Part shown: positions 40,241 to 52,170 of the stretch, piece after piece
Layout: every line of letters starts with the position of its first letter
Position numbering within the stretch: position 1 is the stretch's first letter
Assembly (NCBI GenBank): GCA_964016885.1
Contig: OZ024740.1
Span: 180,110,001 to 180,174,000 of the forward strand
Direction of reading: 5' to 3'
DNA length: 64,000 nt
DNA from: Eledone cirrhosa
Lineage: Eukaryota
Notes under the pieces: model-generated
Told to the model about the DNA's origin: nothing
What the model saw: the letters and a program-made list of their open reading frames with translations, nothing else
The model's database searches: none
Made by a program: the position numbers and the translations under genes

Positions 40241-41700
40241 ATGGTTGAAGCTTCTTCACCAACATTCGAAGGAGGAAACGGGAAGATATGCTTACAGCTT
40301 CCCCCTGCCACTGTCATAGTAGCAGATGTCAAAGACAAAGGTCAGCCAGAGGAAGGATTTTCTCCACCTGCTGACCGACAACTTGACGTTGCCATGGCAA
40401 CAAACCAAAAGTGTGGCACAATGAACAAAAACAACACAACCAGCGGCACCAGCAACAACAACAACAACAATGCTATGAACGAAAACAACACCGACAACAA
40501 TAACAATAACAACAACAACAAGACCAATAACTGCAACAAGGAAGTAAACGAAAATATCGTTTGCGCAAACCGTAAAGAAAACGTTAAGCTACACTCCGGT
40601 AGATATTTCAAATGCAAATGAGCTTTTGAATAAGTTTTGGGGAGACGAGTCATACTCCATAAGCTGTCCCCCAGATTTGCGAAGAGAAGCTGCCTTGAAA
40701 ACTGTGGTTTTCAGGACAGTCTCAAACAAAACCCGAAAACCGACTCAACTTTCACAATGCGAAATTGAGTTGGTTTTAGAAGATACCTTAAAAGACATTG
40801 CTTTCATTCTGTAAACGTATGGGTTTACCGAAAATTTAGACTCTACGGGAGTTTATCCATTCTGATGAAAGACCAACTGACGGCACAGAACTACTCTGTG
40901 TCGCCAATTGTGTCATCGTTGTTCACCTTTTTTCCCACTTACATGGGGAAAAGAACGCAGAAATTAAAAATCCAAAGTATCACACCAAATATTGATATTT
41001 GGTGGGTACTGTGTGTATATTTAAACCTCAAAAAAGACACAATAATGTCGGTGGGTAAGTCCTCCGGCGACCTTTTCAGCGGAACTAGCCTGGAAATTCT
41101 GGTCCAAATGACACCAGAACGAATAGATAGGATCCCGGAACGGGTGCTGCTGGATGGACTTATATACATAAACATTTCGGTCGAGGGTAGGCGGCCCTCA
41201 TGTTACCGCTGCCTAAGCAGAGGTCACCTGAGAGCTTCCTGTCCTCGGCTAACTAGCCAAAAAAGGCATTACTGTCAACACCTGCAACACCAGCAGAATA
41301 AACACCATCACCACCACCACAACAACAACAACATAAAAAATAGTGACAACAAAACAAACGAGAAACACAGTAACCTAAAACAACTCCAGAAACACCCACA
41401 CACATAACAGCTCCCCAAAATGTACCCCACCCCAACAGCACGGATGAGGCCTCATCATCGTCACCCAGTGATGATCAGGGAGAGCCTTTCCGACCAGTAA
41501 AAAGAAAAAAAGAAAAGACATAGCACAAACAAAAATCCAACAAACACACAAACAGCAACACAAGCGACACCAACAGCACAAACCAAAACATCCCCTCCTG
41601 AAAACAAAACACCTACTACAAAACGTAAACACACACAAGAACCACAGACAAAAAGCAACACAACACAACAAAAATGTTACACCTACATAAATACTAACAA
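40241..41700 (+). pseudogene. Non-LTR retrotransposon ORF1-like (L1/Tx1-type) with CCHC zinc knuckle, disrupted
   Basis: ORF pieces 40241-40621, 40626-40814 and 40865-41407. VEGRRPSCYRCLSRGHLRASCP (CX2CX4HX4C), followed by a T/Q/K/P-rich low-complexity tail. Confidence 0.65.
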
Positions 41701-41916
41701 TAAAACTTTAACAGATACCATATATAAAAACCCTTCGGTGGAGACCGAATGGAAAACCGTTACACACTCTTCGGAGAATCCTAATCTTAAAATGATTAGG
41801 ACCTCCATCGACACACATAAACAGTTAAAAGATAAGTTAACCCCTGCGTCATACCCTATAACCGCGTCCTTTTGAAATGTTTCCCCAGCTCCACCCCAGA
41901 AATGCCCACCTCAGAC

Positions 41917-42289
41917 ACCGAAAACGTTAAATGAAAAAGAATGAAACGAAATTTCATTTCTCACTCTTAGTACGGGTGATATTAAATATAAGTACGTACA
42001 TACATATATGTATACAGACGTACAGTAGTATGTATATACATAAATACATGCCCACATATATATATATATGTACGTATGGGTTTACCGAACATTTATTAAA
42101 TGTTCGGTTTCTTTGTAAACAAACAGCGCAAATTACGCCGTACAGTGTTCGGAAATCATCGTTTCCCTTTTGTCCAACACTGACAAAGGAGCGATGAACT
42201 AGTTTCAAGCTTATTAGCTATCGTCAGCATTGTATACCTTCCTTTCAGATGATTGAACGTTTGAAGGTTAATATATGTGTGCGTGTATG

Positions 42290-42350
<61 letters not shown>

Positions 42351-42820
42351 TACGGTACGTCTGTATAGATATATGTATGTACGTACTTATATTTAAGTAT
42401 CAGCAGTACTAAGAGTGAGAAATGAAATTTCGTTTCATTCTTTTCCATCTATCGTTTTCGGTACGCCCGGCCGACTAACTGAATCTATATGCAAATTAGG
42501 CTGCTCAGCCCTTAATATGCATAAGGAAAGTATACACTTTCAAACGTCCAATCATCTGAAAGGAGGGTATACGATGCTGACGATAGGTAATAAGCTTGAA
42601 ACTAGTTCATCGTTCCTTTGTCAGTGTTGAACAAAAGGGCAACGATGTTTGCCAAACAATGTATGACGTAATTCGGGCTGTTTGTTTACAAACGAACCGA
42701 AGATTATAATAAATGTTCGCTAAGCCCATACGTACATATGTATATATGTGTGCATAAATGTATATATATACATACTACTGTACGTATGTATACATATATG
42801 TATGTACGTACTTATATTTA
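41917..42820. mobile_element. Retrozyme-like family X: minus copy 41917-42267 and plus 1.1-unit tandem 42348-42820 (425 bp period)
   Basis: tactac(g/t)gtacgt...cttatattta at 42348 and 42773. The minus copy reads through the junction. HHRs at 42191-42233 (minus) and 42571-42613 (plus). Confidence 0.75.
42571..42613 (+). ncRNA. Minimal type I hammerhead (family X)
   Basis: acgatg-CTGACGA-taggtaataagctt-GAAA-ctag-TT-catcgt with a 6 bp stem I. The inverted copy at 42191-42233 has an AGCT/AGCT stem II. Confidence 0.75.
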
Positions 42821-43049
42821 TATATATAAATATATATCTACATATATATATATATATATATAATTTAATATATCAACTAACATAAGCGCACAGATGCACG
42901 CCTATGCCAGCAAATACACAGGTTATGTCATAGTACCTAGGTGGTTCAATGCAGGAGGATGCAGAACAATAATATAAAAGACGTAAAGTAAGAAAATCTT
43001 TTTCAAAAAATTTTTTTTAAAATTTTTTTACTAACTTACTTAAATTTTC

Positions 43050-43131
43050 ACTCCAACTAATTAGTTTCTGCAATGGGATAAAGACAGTTACGTAATCTAA
43101 CTGTCGAGAATTCATTGCGTCATCAGGGAGT
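43050..43131 (-). ncRNA. Type I hammerhead, extended stem II (family Y)
   Basis: actcc-CTGATGA-cgcaatg...gacagtta(gattacg)taactgtc...cattgca-GAAA-ctaattag-TT-ggagt. Confidence 0.85.
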
Positions 43132-43610
43132 CTATTCTCAGCTAAGTCTCCAGGCAATGCGCGGACACTGGCGGCTCATATAAAAATAATAATAATTCGG
43201 TAGATAGAACAGCTGGCGAGGACTGAATTCTATGTACTGAAATCCTCACTGCTTCTAGTCAAATGGCCGATTCTAAAGAATCAATCACGTGACACAGAGG
43301 CTAGTCAGAAGGAATGGGATGGTAAGATGACTGACGCCTACTAACACCCCAAAAAAAAAATTTTTTTAGAAGTGGTTTTGGCAGGTTTGCTCGACAAATC
43401 AGTGATTTGGAGATAAATATAGATAATTTAATATATCAACTAACATAAGCGCACAGATGCACGCCTATGCCAGCAAATACACAGGTTATGTCATAGTACC
43501 TAGGTGGTTCAATGCAGGAGGATGCAGAACAATAATATAAAAGACGTAAAATAAGAAAATCTTTTTCAAAAAATTTTTTTTTTTAATTTTTTTTACTTAC
43601 TTAAATTTTC

Positions 43611-43692
43611 ACTCCAACTAATTAGTTTCTGAAATGGGATAAAGTCAGTTACGTAATCTAACTGTCGAGAATTCATTGCGTCATCAGGGAGT
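43611..43692 (-). ncRNA. Type I hammerhead (family Y, second tandem copy)
   Basis: As 43050-43131, with two substitutions in the stem II region. Confidence 0.8.
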
Positions 43693-43803
43693 CTATTCTC
43701 AGCTAAGTCTCCAGGCAATGCGCGGACACTGGCGGCTCATATAAAAATAATAATAATAAAGATTTTCTTATTTTACGTCTTTTATATATATATATATATA
43801 TAT

Positions 43804-43938
<135 letters not shown>

Positions 43939-44082
43939 AGATTCACTAATTGACAAATAGATAACATCTCGCTCCGAAAAATGTAAACAAAACGGCTGGG
44001 AAGACCCTTTAAGTACTTAAATATTAGCCCGTTACACGAGAAGGACGTGCTTTTTGCCTGCGGCATACGACAAAGACGGCTT

Positions 44083-44152
44083 TTCATCTGAAGAAACCGT
44101 TCTCATACAAACAACAAATGCACCGTTGAAAAGTTGAAATTATTATAATGAA
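44083..44152 (+). ncRNA. Putative type I hammerhead with long stem II loop
   Basis: ttcat-CTGAAGA-aac...gtt-GAAA-ttatta-TA-atgaa, overlapping a following AATAAA. Confidence 0.55.
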
Positions 44153-44316
44153 TAAACGATGTATGTAACATCAACGTCTTCCTTACTGTTATTCTTATAT
44201 ATATATACATATATATATATACACACCCACACATATATATATATATATATATATATACGTTATTCCGGGTTGAATCGGAGGTAACCACAGTAAGGTACTC
44301 AATACTTTGATACCCA

Positions 44317-44365
44317 GATTCCTGATGATTTCTAATGAATGAAACAGTTCTAGTCCTGTAGAATC
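44317..44365 (+). ncRNA. Type I hammerhead
   Basis: gattc-CTGATGA-tttc(taat)gaat-GAAA-cag(ttctagtc)ctg-TA-gaatc; stem III has a real loop. Confidence 0.7.
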
Positions 44366-45095
44366 GCATCTATATTAAAACTATATATATATATATATAG
44401 AGAGAGAGAGATCTAAGATCTATTATAATATCCTATTATCATCATTATTATTTTAATTGTCATCATCTATCAATGGACCAACATTATAGACTCTTATATT
44501 TTATCTTATTTTATCTTATCATAATATATTCACTTCTAATATAACTAAGTAATCAAATAATTAATTAATTATATAATTAATTTATTAAAATAACCAATAC
44601 ACACATAAATATATTTAATATTATCATGTTTATACCTTCGTATCTCTATATTTTAACCAACACTATAACCACTCTCAATAATCTTAATATGTTTACTTTT
44701 CTTCGCACATTTTTTATTTATTAATTTTCATATTTTGTATTGTTTTATATCATCTTCGATGTAACTTCTTTATTAACACTTATTTATTTATTTGCATTTA
44801 TTCAAACATGTATTAGCATTTATTCATTTATTGTTGATATCATTATTTCCCCTTTATTTTTATTTTTCTCTACCTTTATTTCTCCTTTATCCTTTTATCT
44901 CCTCTTTCTCTCCTCCTTTCTCTCGGTCTTTTTCTCTCTATATCTACCTTTTTTTTCCTTTCTCCTTTTTCTTCTTTCTTTTTTCTTTCTTTCTTTTCTC
45001 TATCTCTCTTTCTTTTTTCTCTCTCTATCTTTTTATTAATATTATTAATGATGCTATAATATGAATTTTTAAATTTACCGGTCATATAGTAGTTA

Positions 45096-45199
45096 TCTCC
45101 GATGATCTGGTTAGGCTAACATCGTATTTGAAATTGAGTGACACTGCCTCAAATGTTCACCAATTTTTAGACAACTTAATCAGTGAAACAATTGTCAGA
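45096..45199 (+). ncRNA. Hammerhead with very long stem II (U4>C) at the end of a T-rich PLE-like tail (44410-45260)
   Basis: tct-CCGATGA-tctggttagg...cttaatcagt-GAAA-caattg-TC-aga, then aataaa. Confidence 0.6.
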
Positions 45200-45282
45200 C
45201 TGTAAATAAATCCCTTTTTTGTACTGTTGACCATGTTATTCTTCACTTTTTCAATGTTATATATATATATATATATACAAAG

Positions 45283-45368
<86 letters not shown>

Positions 45369-45729
45369 ATATATACATATATCTTTAATATACATTTAAA
45401 CAAAGATCGATGGAAGTGTGTGTATAAGTGTGTTTGTCCACTTAATTTCTCACAGGATAAAAATTAACGATAGGATCAGTCGGAATTAGTCACACATTTG
45501 CAGCATATACAAATGATTTGTGATGCCATGTGTTTTGACATACATTAATGTAAATTGATGAATATGCATTAAAATTATTGAGAAAACAAATTATATTTTC
45601 CATCTCCAACATATCACAATAAAACTCGATTAATTTAACAATAATAGTATACACTTAAATACAAATTCAAAAATGTTAGTGAAATAAATAGAAAATATGA
45701 AATAATTAATTACAATGTTATGTTGGCAT

Positions 45730-45793
<64 letters not shown>

Positions 45794-45857
45794 AGCGAAT
45801 TTTCAACCGTCAAGGTGGTTTTCCATGGTTATGTCACTATTTATAAAACAAATTTTG

Positions 45858-45923
45858 TATTTTATCTGATGAAAGCGGTCCGAAATTTGCTTGGACGCCC
45901 TTGAAATATATTATAATAAAATA
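45858..45923 (+). ncRNA. Type I hammerhead
   Basis: tattttat-CTGATGA-aagcggtcc...ggacgccctt-GAAA-tatatta-TA-ataaaata; 8 bp perfect stem I. Confidence 0.7.
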
Positions 45924-46054
45924 ATTATGGTTTTATAAATATAGTTTCCATTTATTAATATATTGAACATTTACACTAGTAAACTGTTGAGTGCTCTATT
46001 TCAGTAATCATCTTTTAAGTTTGTTGGAATCCCAACAGATTAAATATAACTTCT

Positions 46055-46085
<31 letters not shown>

Positions 46086-46177
46086 ACGAAGGAAAAGTGG
46101 TAAGGAACCAGGTGGACCATAACGCACCAAAGTACTCAATACTTGAGGTAGTAGAGTGGGTAATAGGAACCAGTAAG

Positions 46178-46271
46178 ACCCCGACAGCTGAGCTCAAGCC
46201 GTTTCGACGGCTAATTCTGGACTAAATGAAAATTTATCCTGGTATTTAAATAGCCGATCTTCTCAAGGGGT
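46178..46271 (-). ncRNA. U3:A8 hammerhead in the PLE 3' pLTR
   Basis: Reverse complement of 49878-49971. Confidence 0.7.
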
Positions 46272-47137
46272 AATTCGATATATGGTCAAAGTGATTGTCA
46301 AAAATCAGTAGTAATTCTGTGGTTGCAAATTAGTAGGGGAGATGGTGGCTAAACCTGCCAGTAGGAGAAAGAGGGGAGGGGGTGGAGTAGACCCAATCAA
46401 GCGTTGGTAGTGCCAGCTACAGCTGGGCATGAGGTCAAAGAAGATACAGGGGAGGGGGGGGGGGAGTCGGAACGGTAGGTAGAACAATGGGGGGTAGAAA
46501 TATCTAGGAAAGAAAAAATACTGAGAGAGAAGAAAAGCAAATAAGTGTAAAGAAAAAAGTAAAGTAAATTAAATTCTACGACCTAGGTGTCAGGCTATTG
46601 TTAGGCTAGAATAAAATAAATAAATAAAGAAAGAAGTAAAGAAATAAATAAATAAATAACGAAATAAGTAAAAGAACTAGGTGGGACGGATAGGCAAGGA
46701 CCCTTTTAACAGGTATAAGTACGTAAATGATACGGTGACGGGTCAACAAAAGGGGCCAAAATACTAAAGAGACTACCACGAAATAAACAATAAAGGTTTC
46801 CATCCCGGGCCAGCAACGACCCAGTGCAGCAAAGTGAACTTGTACGAGATAATAATTCTGAGTCCCGAGAAAAATATATATTAATGCTAACTCTAAAGGA
46901 TCTAAAATAAGCTACAAGAAAGTTCGTACGAAATAAAGGTAGAATACGGAGAAATAAATTCAGAATCCACCCCACCCAGAAGAAAAGCGATGCAAGAAAT
47001 ACTGAAACGAAAAAATAAGGCATAAGTGCCACTAAGAAATATAGAGGGCACAGAGAATAGTGGGAGCGGTTGGAAAAAGGGGGCAAGTATCCGGGGTCTA
47101 AGCCAACTGCTATAAAGGGCGGAGTCCGCCAAATCTA

Positions 47138-48980
47138 TCATAGACTAGGGGAGGGGGTGGTGGGGGTACTAAGGCTACATGGGGCCAAAGGGCAGCCTCG
47201 GGTGGGCGAGAAAAGAAGCCGACAAAGGAGAAGAGCTGGGGTAGAAGGACCAAGGAGAGAGGGGGGAAGGAAATAAAGGAAGCGATAAAAGAATACAAAG
47301 AAGATCTTACGTCTTCCTTGGCAAGCAGGGGTTACCCATTGCAAAATCGGCAAGTGGGGTGTTATAGCCCTAGTCCCCCCCCCCCCCGGGTCATTATGGG
47401 GTTTGAGGGCGAGGTAAGTCCTACGCAATCTATGTTTACATGCAGTAACCAGTTCATCTTTCTTGTTTAGGAGTTGGTCCGTGGAAAACAGCATTTGTAA
47501 AGTTTCCTCCGAGCATAAATTGCACGGACGGCGTCCTCCCGTGTAAGAATTGGCTCTGGACAGTAATCTCCAAGTGAGATCATAGGTGATGTTGTTGTCC
47601 TTGAGGTCCCATATGTGGCCCGAAAGTGTAGTGGCGTGACGCCGGGCCGGGTTTCGGAAGGTATGTCTATGTTGGTATAGCCGGGTCTTGAAGTCACATG
47701 CGGTAAGTCCTATATAGGCTTTGTTGGAGGTATCCGTCCTCACGTTGCACTGGTAGATCACATTACGGTCTCTGCATCTATTGTTGAGTGGGCAAATAGA
47801 TCTATCCGGGCAGTTACACCTCCTGGTTGGTCCTCCACTGCTATTTAGGTTATTTCTGCCATCGGGGTTGAGTTTTTTGTTGTTAGAGGAGACGATGTTT
47901 TGTACGAAGTTTGGTGTAGTGCTGTAAGAGAGTTTGATGGTATTTTTGTTAATTATGTTGTGGTAGCGGTGTTGTAATGGGAAGTGTTTTTCAATGAGCC
48001 TAAAGAATAGTTTCCCGATGGGAGTAGTCACCTCTGCGTTGTGGGGAGGATTGAACCATGTTACATTGCGTGAGCGGCGGTGTCTCCTGCTGGTTCCGCT
48101 AATGGGAGCTGGACAGTAGGATATTTCTTCCCGGAAACCACTCCGCTTGAGGGCCTGGTTGTAATAAGGCGCATGTTCATCGAATATCCGCTCATTAGCT
48201 GACAAACGGGATATGCGGAGGGAGATGTTTTTGACCAGGTTGTTTGTGATGTTCCTAGGATGATTTGATCGGCGGTGGATGTAGTGCAGATTGTCATTAG
48301 GTTTCCTGTATGGGTAGTACAGGTCGTTTTCGAGGTCGAGGGTCACGTCCAGGAAGTTTACTCGGGTCAGGGACGTTTGTAGGGTTATTTTAAATCCCCA
48401 GTCGCGGAAGAATCTGATTAATTGTTTCCGGACCCGATCTGTACTACTGGGGTTGTACCCTTTAAGGGTAAGGAGCCCATCATCACGGTACAATCCACCA
48501 CCGAATGCAGGAAACATATCAGTGAGTTTGGCTATTAGGAATAATCCTATAAGATCAGTGACCTCCGCCGAATCCGTGGCGCCCATGCTGACGTCGAAGG
48601 GTGAGTCGGGAAATCTTTTTATCCATTTAGAGTCGTCAAAGAGTAAGACTGTCTTCCTGGCGTGGAGGATGATTTTTCTTTCCTGGTCGGTGATGGGCAC
48701 GAGTGTTTCGGCGAAGTCCAAGGCGACAGTAAGTAGCGGTAAGGTGATTGAAGCATAGTAGCTATCTATGTCGAACTGTATGAATTTAGTTTCTCGTTTA
48801 TCCTCCATATTGCTGAACCAGGAGATTACTTCCTGGGTGTTGATCCATAGGCTAAGTCGGGTGTGTTGCTTGACTTTTGGTATCACGCGGTCTAGGATTT
48901 TTTTGCTGATTCTCCCTATGTCGGACTTCGTTGGGTTAATAAGCCTGATAGAGGGTTTACGGTCAAAATCGGATTTATGG
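47138..48980 (-). CDS. PLE reverse transcriptase + GIY-YIG endonuclease (N-terminally truncated; Naiad-like motifs)
   Basis: Open from HKSDFDRKPSIRLINPTKSDIG through FDIDSYY, SMGATDS, YRDDGL, FLDVTLDL, WFNPP, CNC..CPLNNRC, VIYQC..YIGLT, FKTRLYQH, CNLC, ACKH. Confidence 0.92.
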
Positions 48981-49877
48981 TACCCCCACCACCCCCTCCC
49001 CTAGTCTATGATAGATTTGGCGGACTCCGCCCTTTATAGCAGTTGGCTTAGACCCCGGATACTTGCCCCCTTTTTCCAACCGCTCCCACTATTCTCTGTG
49101 CCCTCTATATTTCTTAGTGGCACTTATGCCTTATTTTTTCGTTTCAGTATTTCTTGCATCGCTTTTCTTCTGGGCGGGGTGGATTCTGAATTTATTTCTC
49201 CGTATTCTACCTTTATTTCGTACGAACTTTCTTGTAGCTTGTTTTAGATCTTTTAGAGTTAGCATTAGTATATTTCTCGGGACTCAGAATTATTATCTCG
49301 TACAAGTTCACTTTGCTGCACTGGGTCGTTGCTGGCCCGGGATGGAAACCTTTATTGTTTATTTCGTGGTAGTCTCTTTAGTATTTTGGCCCCTTTTGTT
49401 GACCCGTCACCGTATCATTTACGTACTTATACCTGTTAAAAGGGTCCTTGCCTATCCGTCCCACCTAGTTCTTTTACTTATTTCGTTATTTATTTATTTA
49501 TTTCTTTACTTCTTTCTTTATTTATTTATTTTATTCTAGCCTAACAATAGCCTGACACCTAGGTCGTAGAATTTAATTTACTTTACTTTTTTCTTTACAC
49601 TTATTTGCTTTTCTTCTCTCTCAGTATTTTTTCTTTCCTAGATATTTCTACCCCCCATTGTTCTACCTACCGTTCCGACTTCCTCCCCCTCCCCCTCCCC
49701 TGTATCTTCTTTGACCTCATGCCCAGCTGTAGCTGGCACTACCAACGCTTGATTGGGTCTACTCCACCCCCTCCCCTCTTTCTCCTACTGGCAGGTTTAG
49801 CCACCATCTCCCCTACTAATTTGCAACCACAGAATTACTACTGATTTTTGACAATCAGTTTGACCATATATGGAATT

Positions 49878-49971
49878 ACCCCTTGAGAAGATCGGCTATT
49901 TAAATACCAGGATAAATTTTCATTTAGTCCAGAATTAGCCGTCGAAACGGCTTGAGCTCAGCTGTCGGGGT
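49878..49971 (+). ncRNA. U3:A8 hammerhead in the inverted pLTR
   Basis: acccc-TTGAGAA-gatcggcta...tagccgtc-GAAA-cggcttgagctcagctg-TC-ggggt; predicted cleavage after 49966. Confidence 0.7.
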
Positions 49972-49981
49972 CTTACTGGTT

Positions 49982-50062
<81 letters not shown>

Positions 50063-50528
50063 ATGTGGGTGCGTGCGTGTCCATGTGTGTGTGTGTATGT
50101 GTGTATATGTGTGTGTGTGTGTGTGAGTATGAGTGCATATTAACCTACGTAGACAAATTAGTAATAAACCATTTCGGTATAATTTTCAACGCATTATATT
50201 AACAAGTTGGGAACATATTTTGCTTCAATTACGAAGTAATTGGAAAGCTTAAAGTTGATTAATCTATATGTTGGTTTTTATCATGACATTCGCAAATAAA
50301 ACATGTATTAGTTTATGTCTGTGTGTGTGTATTCGTTTGAGTAGGTAACTATATATCTATTTGTCCTCTGTTCTCCAGTGACACGTTGTGCGCAAGGCTA
50401 TGAACAATTTTCATTACAATTTCATTATCACCCAGCCGAAAATGTCTGTGGTTACTCACTAATTTCTATCTCTTGATGCAAATGTTTGCGCTCTCTATGT
50501 CCTCCGATCATTAGGTATAATATATATG

Positions 50529-50598
<70 letters not shown>

Positions 50599-51446
50599 TA
50601 TATATATATGTACATATATCAATACATATATGCATATATGCATATATTGATACATATATAGGTATTCATTTTGAGTAGACACACGCTTTTCTTCTAAAGT
50701 TATTTGTCAAAGTTCGCTTGGGTGATAGTATTTGCCTATGTTGATTTGACATGTGTTCAATGAGGTTGGTTAAACATGGTATGATTTCAGTATTGTTTAA
50801 CGGTGTACATATATATACAGTTATTTTCCAAACTCATTGTAATCGCTACGATTTTATTCGTTATAATTTAATCGATAATACATATTGTTGAAAGCAATTA
50901 TTTATCATTGTTTCATGTGAAACTGCCGCTGGCTCCTTCGATATACGCCCGACGGTATTATCCGTTATAATTCCCAAGGTGTTCTCGTTAAATTGAAATT
51001 TTATTGGCTTTTATTTGATGTAAGTAAAGTAATGAAAATATAACGTTGGCGATGTTACTTTACTCTAGGATTATCCTCTCTACTTAAATACAGTGTTAGT
51101 ACCTACTGCACACAATGAGATGAGGAGCCCCACATCAAGTAGAGTAACTAATTCAAAGCACATTGTATGTAAGTAAGTAACATTTGTTTGAAATGATACG
51201 AGAGAGATAATGCTATAACAAAGCACCCCTGCACCCCGCCAAAAGAAAAACATTTTATAGATAACCTCCCAGCAAAAACTACACATCTTAAAAACATTGA
51301 TAGGAAGCAACCACCTGTGGCAAAAATCAAGAAAAACAATACGTCATGTATTTTGTATCCCTCACTTACCCCCCCCCTCTCTCTCTCTCTCTCTGTATAT
51401 ATGTATACGTATATATCTATATATCAATATATACATGTATATATAT

Positions 51447-51477
<31 letters not shown>

Positions 51478-51487
51478 CATATATGTA

Positions 51488-51521
<34 letters not shown>

Positions 51522-51547
51522 CATACATATATAAAAATATATATATT

Positions 51548-51599
<52 letters not shown>

Positions 51600-51666
51600 T
51601 GTATATTTATTTATATATATATGTATATATATATATATATATATACATATATGTATATTTATTTAT

Positions 51667-51748
<82 letters not shown>

Positions 51749-51797
51749 TATATAAATATATATACATATATATATACACACACATATATATATATAT

Positions 51798-52170
51798 ATG
51801 CTGAAAAATGTTTCCCAGTGAAAAATAGTTTAATTAGGAATAAGTATAAATTAGTAATAAGTATTAGTTAGTATTCAGTTTTAGTTTTAAGTTTTTACCG
51901 GTTACGCATTTCTTATGCTTTTCAAAAATAATTGTGAGATAGTGTGCTCGTGATTCTTGCTCTAAAAATCACGAGCACTCTATCTCAAAATTATTTTTGA
52001 AAAGCATAAGATATGCGCAACCGGTAAAAACTTAAATCTAAAACTGAATACTAACTAATACTTATTACTAATTCATATTTATTCCTAATTAAACTATTTT
52101 TTCACTGGGGAAAATTTGTCAGCATTTTACTTTTCTTTTTACTAATATATCACAAATGGCATACAGTTAT
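51798..52170 (+). mobile_element. ~160 bp-arm palindrome: PLE-like tail with 5' inversion and a decayed U3:A8 hammerhead
   Basis: Arms 51798-51956 and 51967-52125. ttt-TTGAAAA-GCAT(aagat)ATGC-GCAA-ccgg-TA-aaa at 51994-52030. Confidence 0.7.

Larger units (their letters stand above)
42861..43790 (-). mobile_element. Retrozyme-like family Y: 1.6 tandem units (563 bp period), two HHRs, short 5' inversion
   Basis: taatttaatatatcaactaac at 42861 and 43424. 43760-43788 is an inverted copy of 43535-43563. Flanked by (TA)n. Confidence 0.85.
46082..49986 (-). mobile_element. Penelope-like retroelement, 5'-truncated, with ~1 kb inverted pseudo-LTR arms
   Basis: Arms 46163-47169 and 48980-49986 are near-identical inverted repeats around the RT-EN ORF. 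Both ends lie in or next to (TA)n. Confidence 0.93.

Noticed and set aside
46305-47141. Hydrophobic ORFs mirrored at 49008-49844
   Set aside because: T-rich PLE tail sequence duplicated by the inverted arm; the frames differ between arms by an indel.
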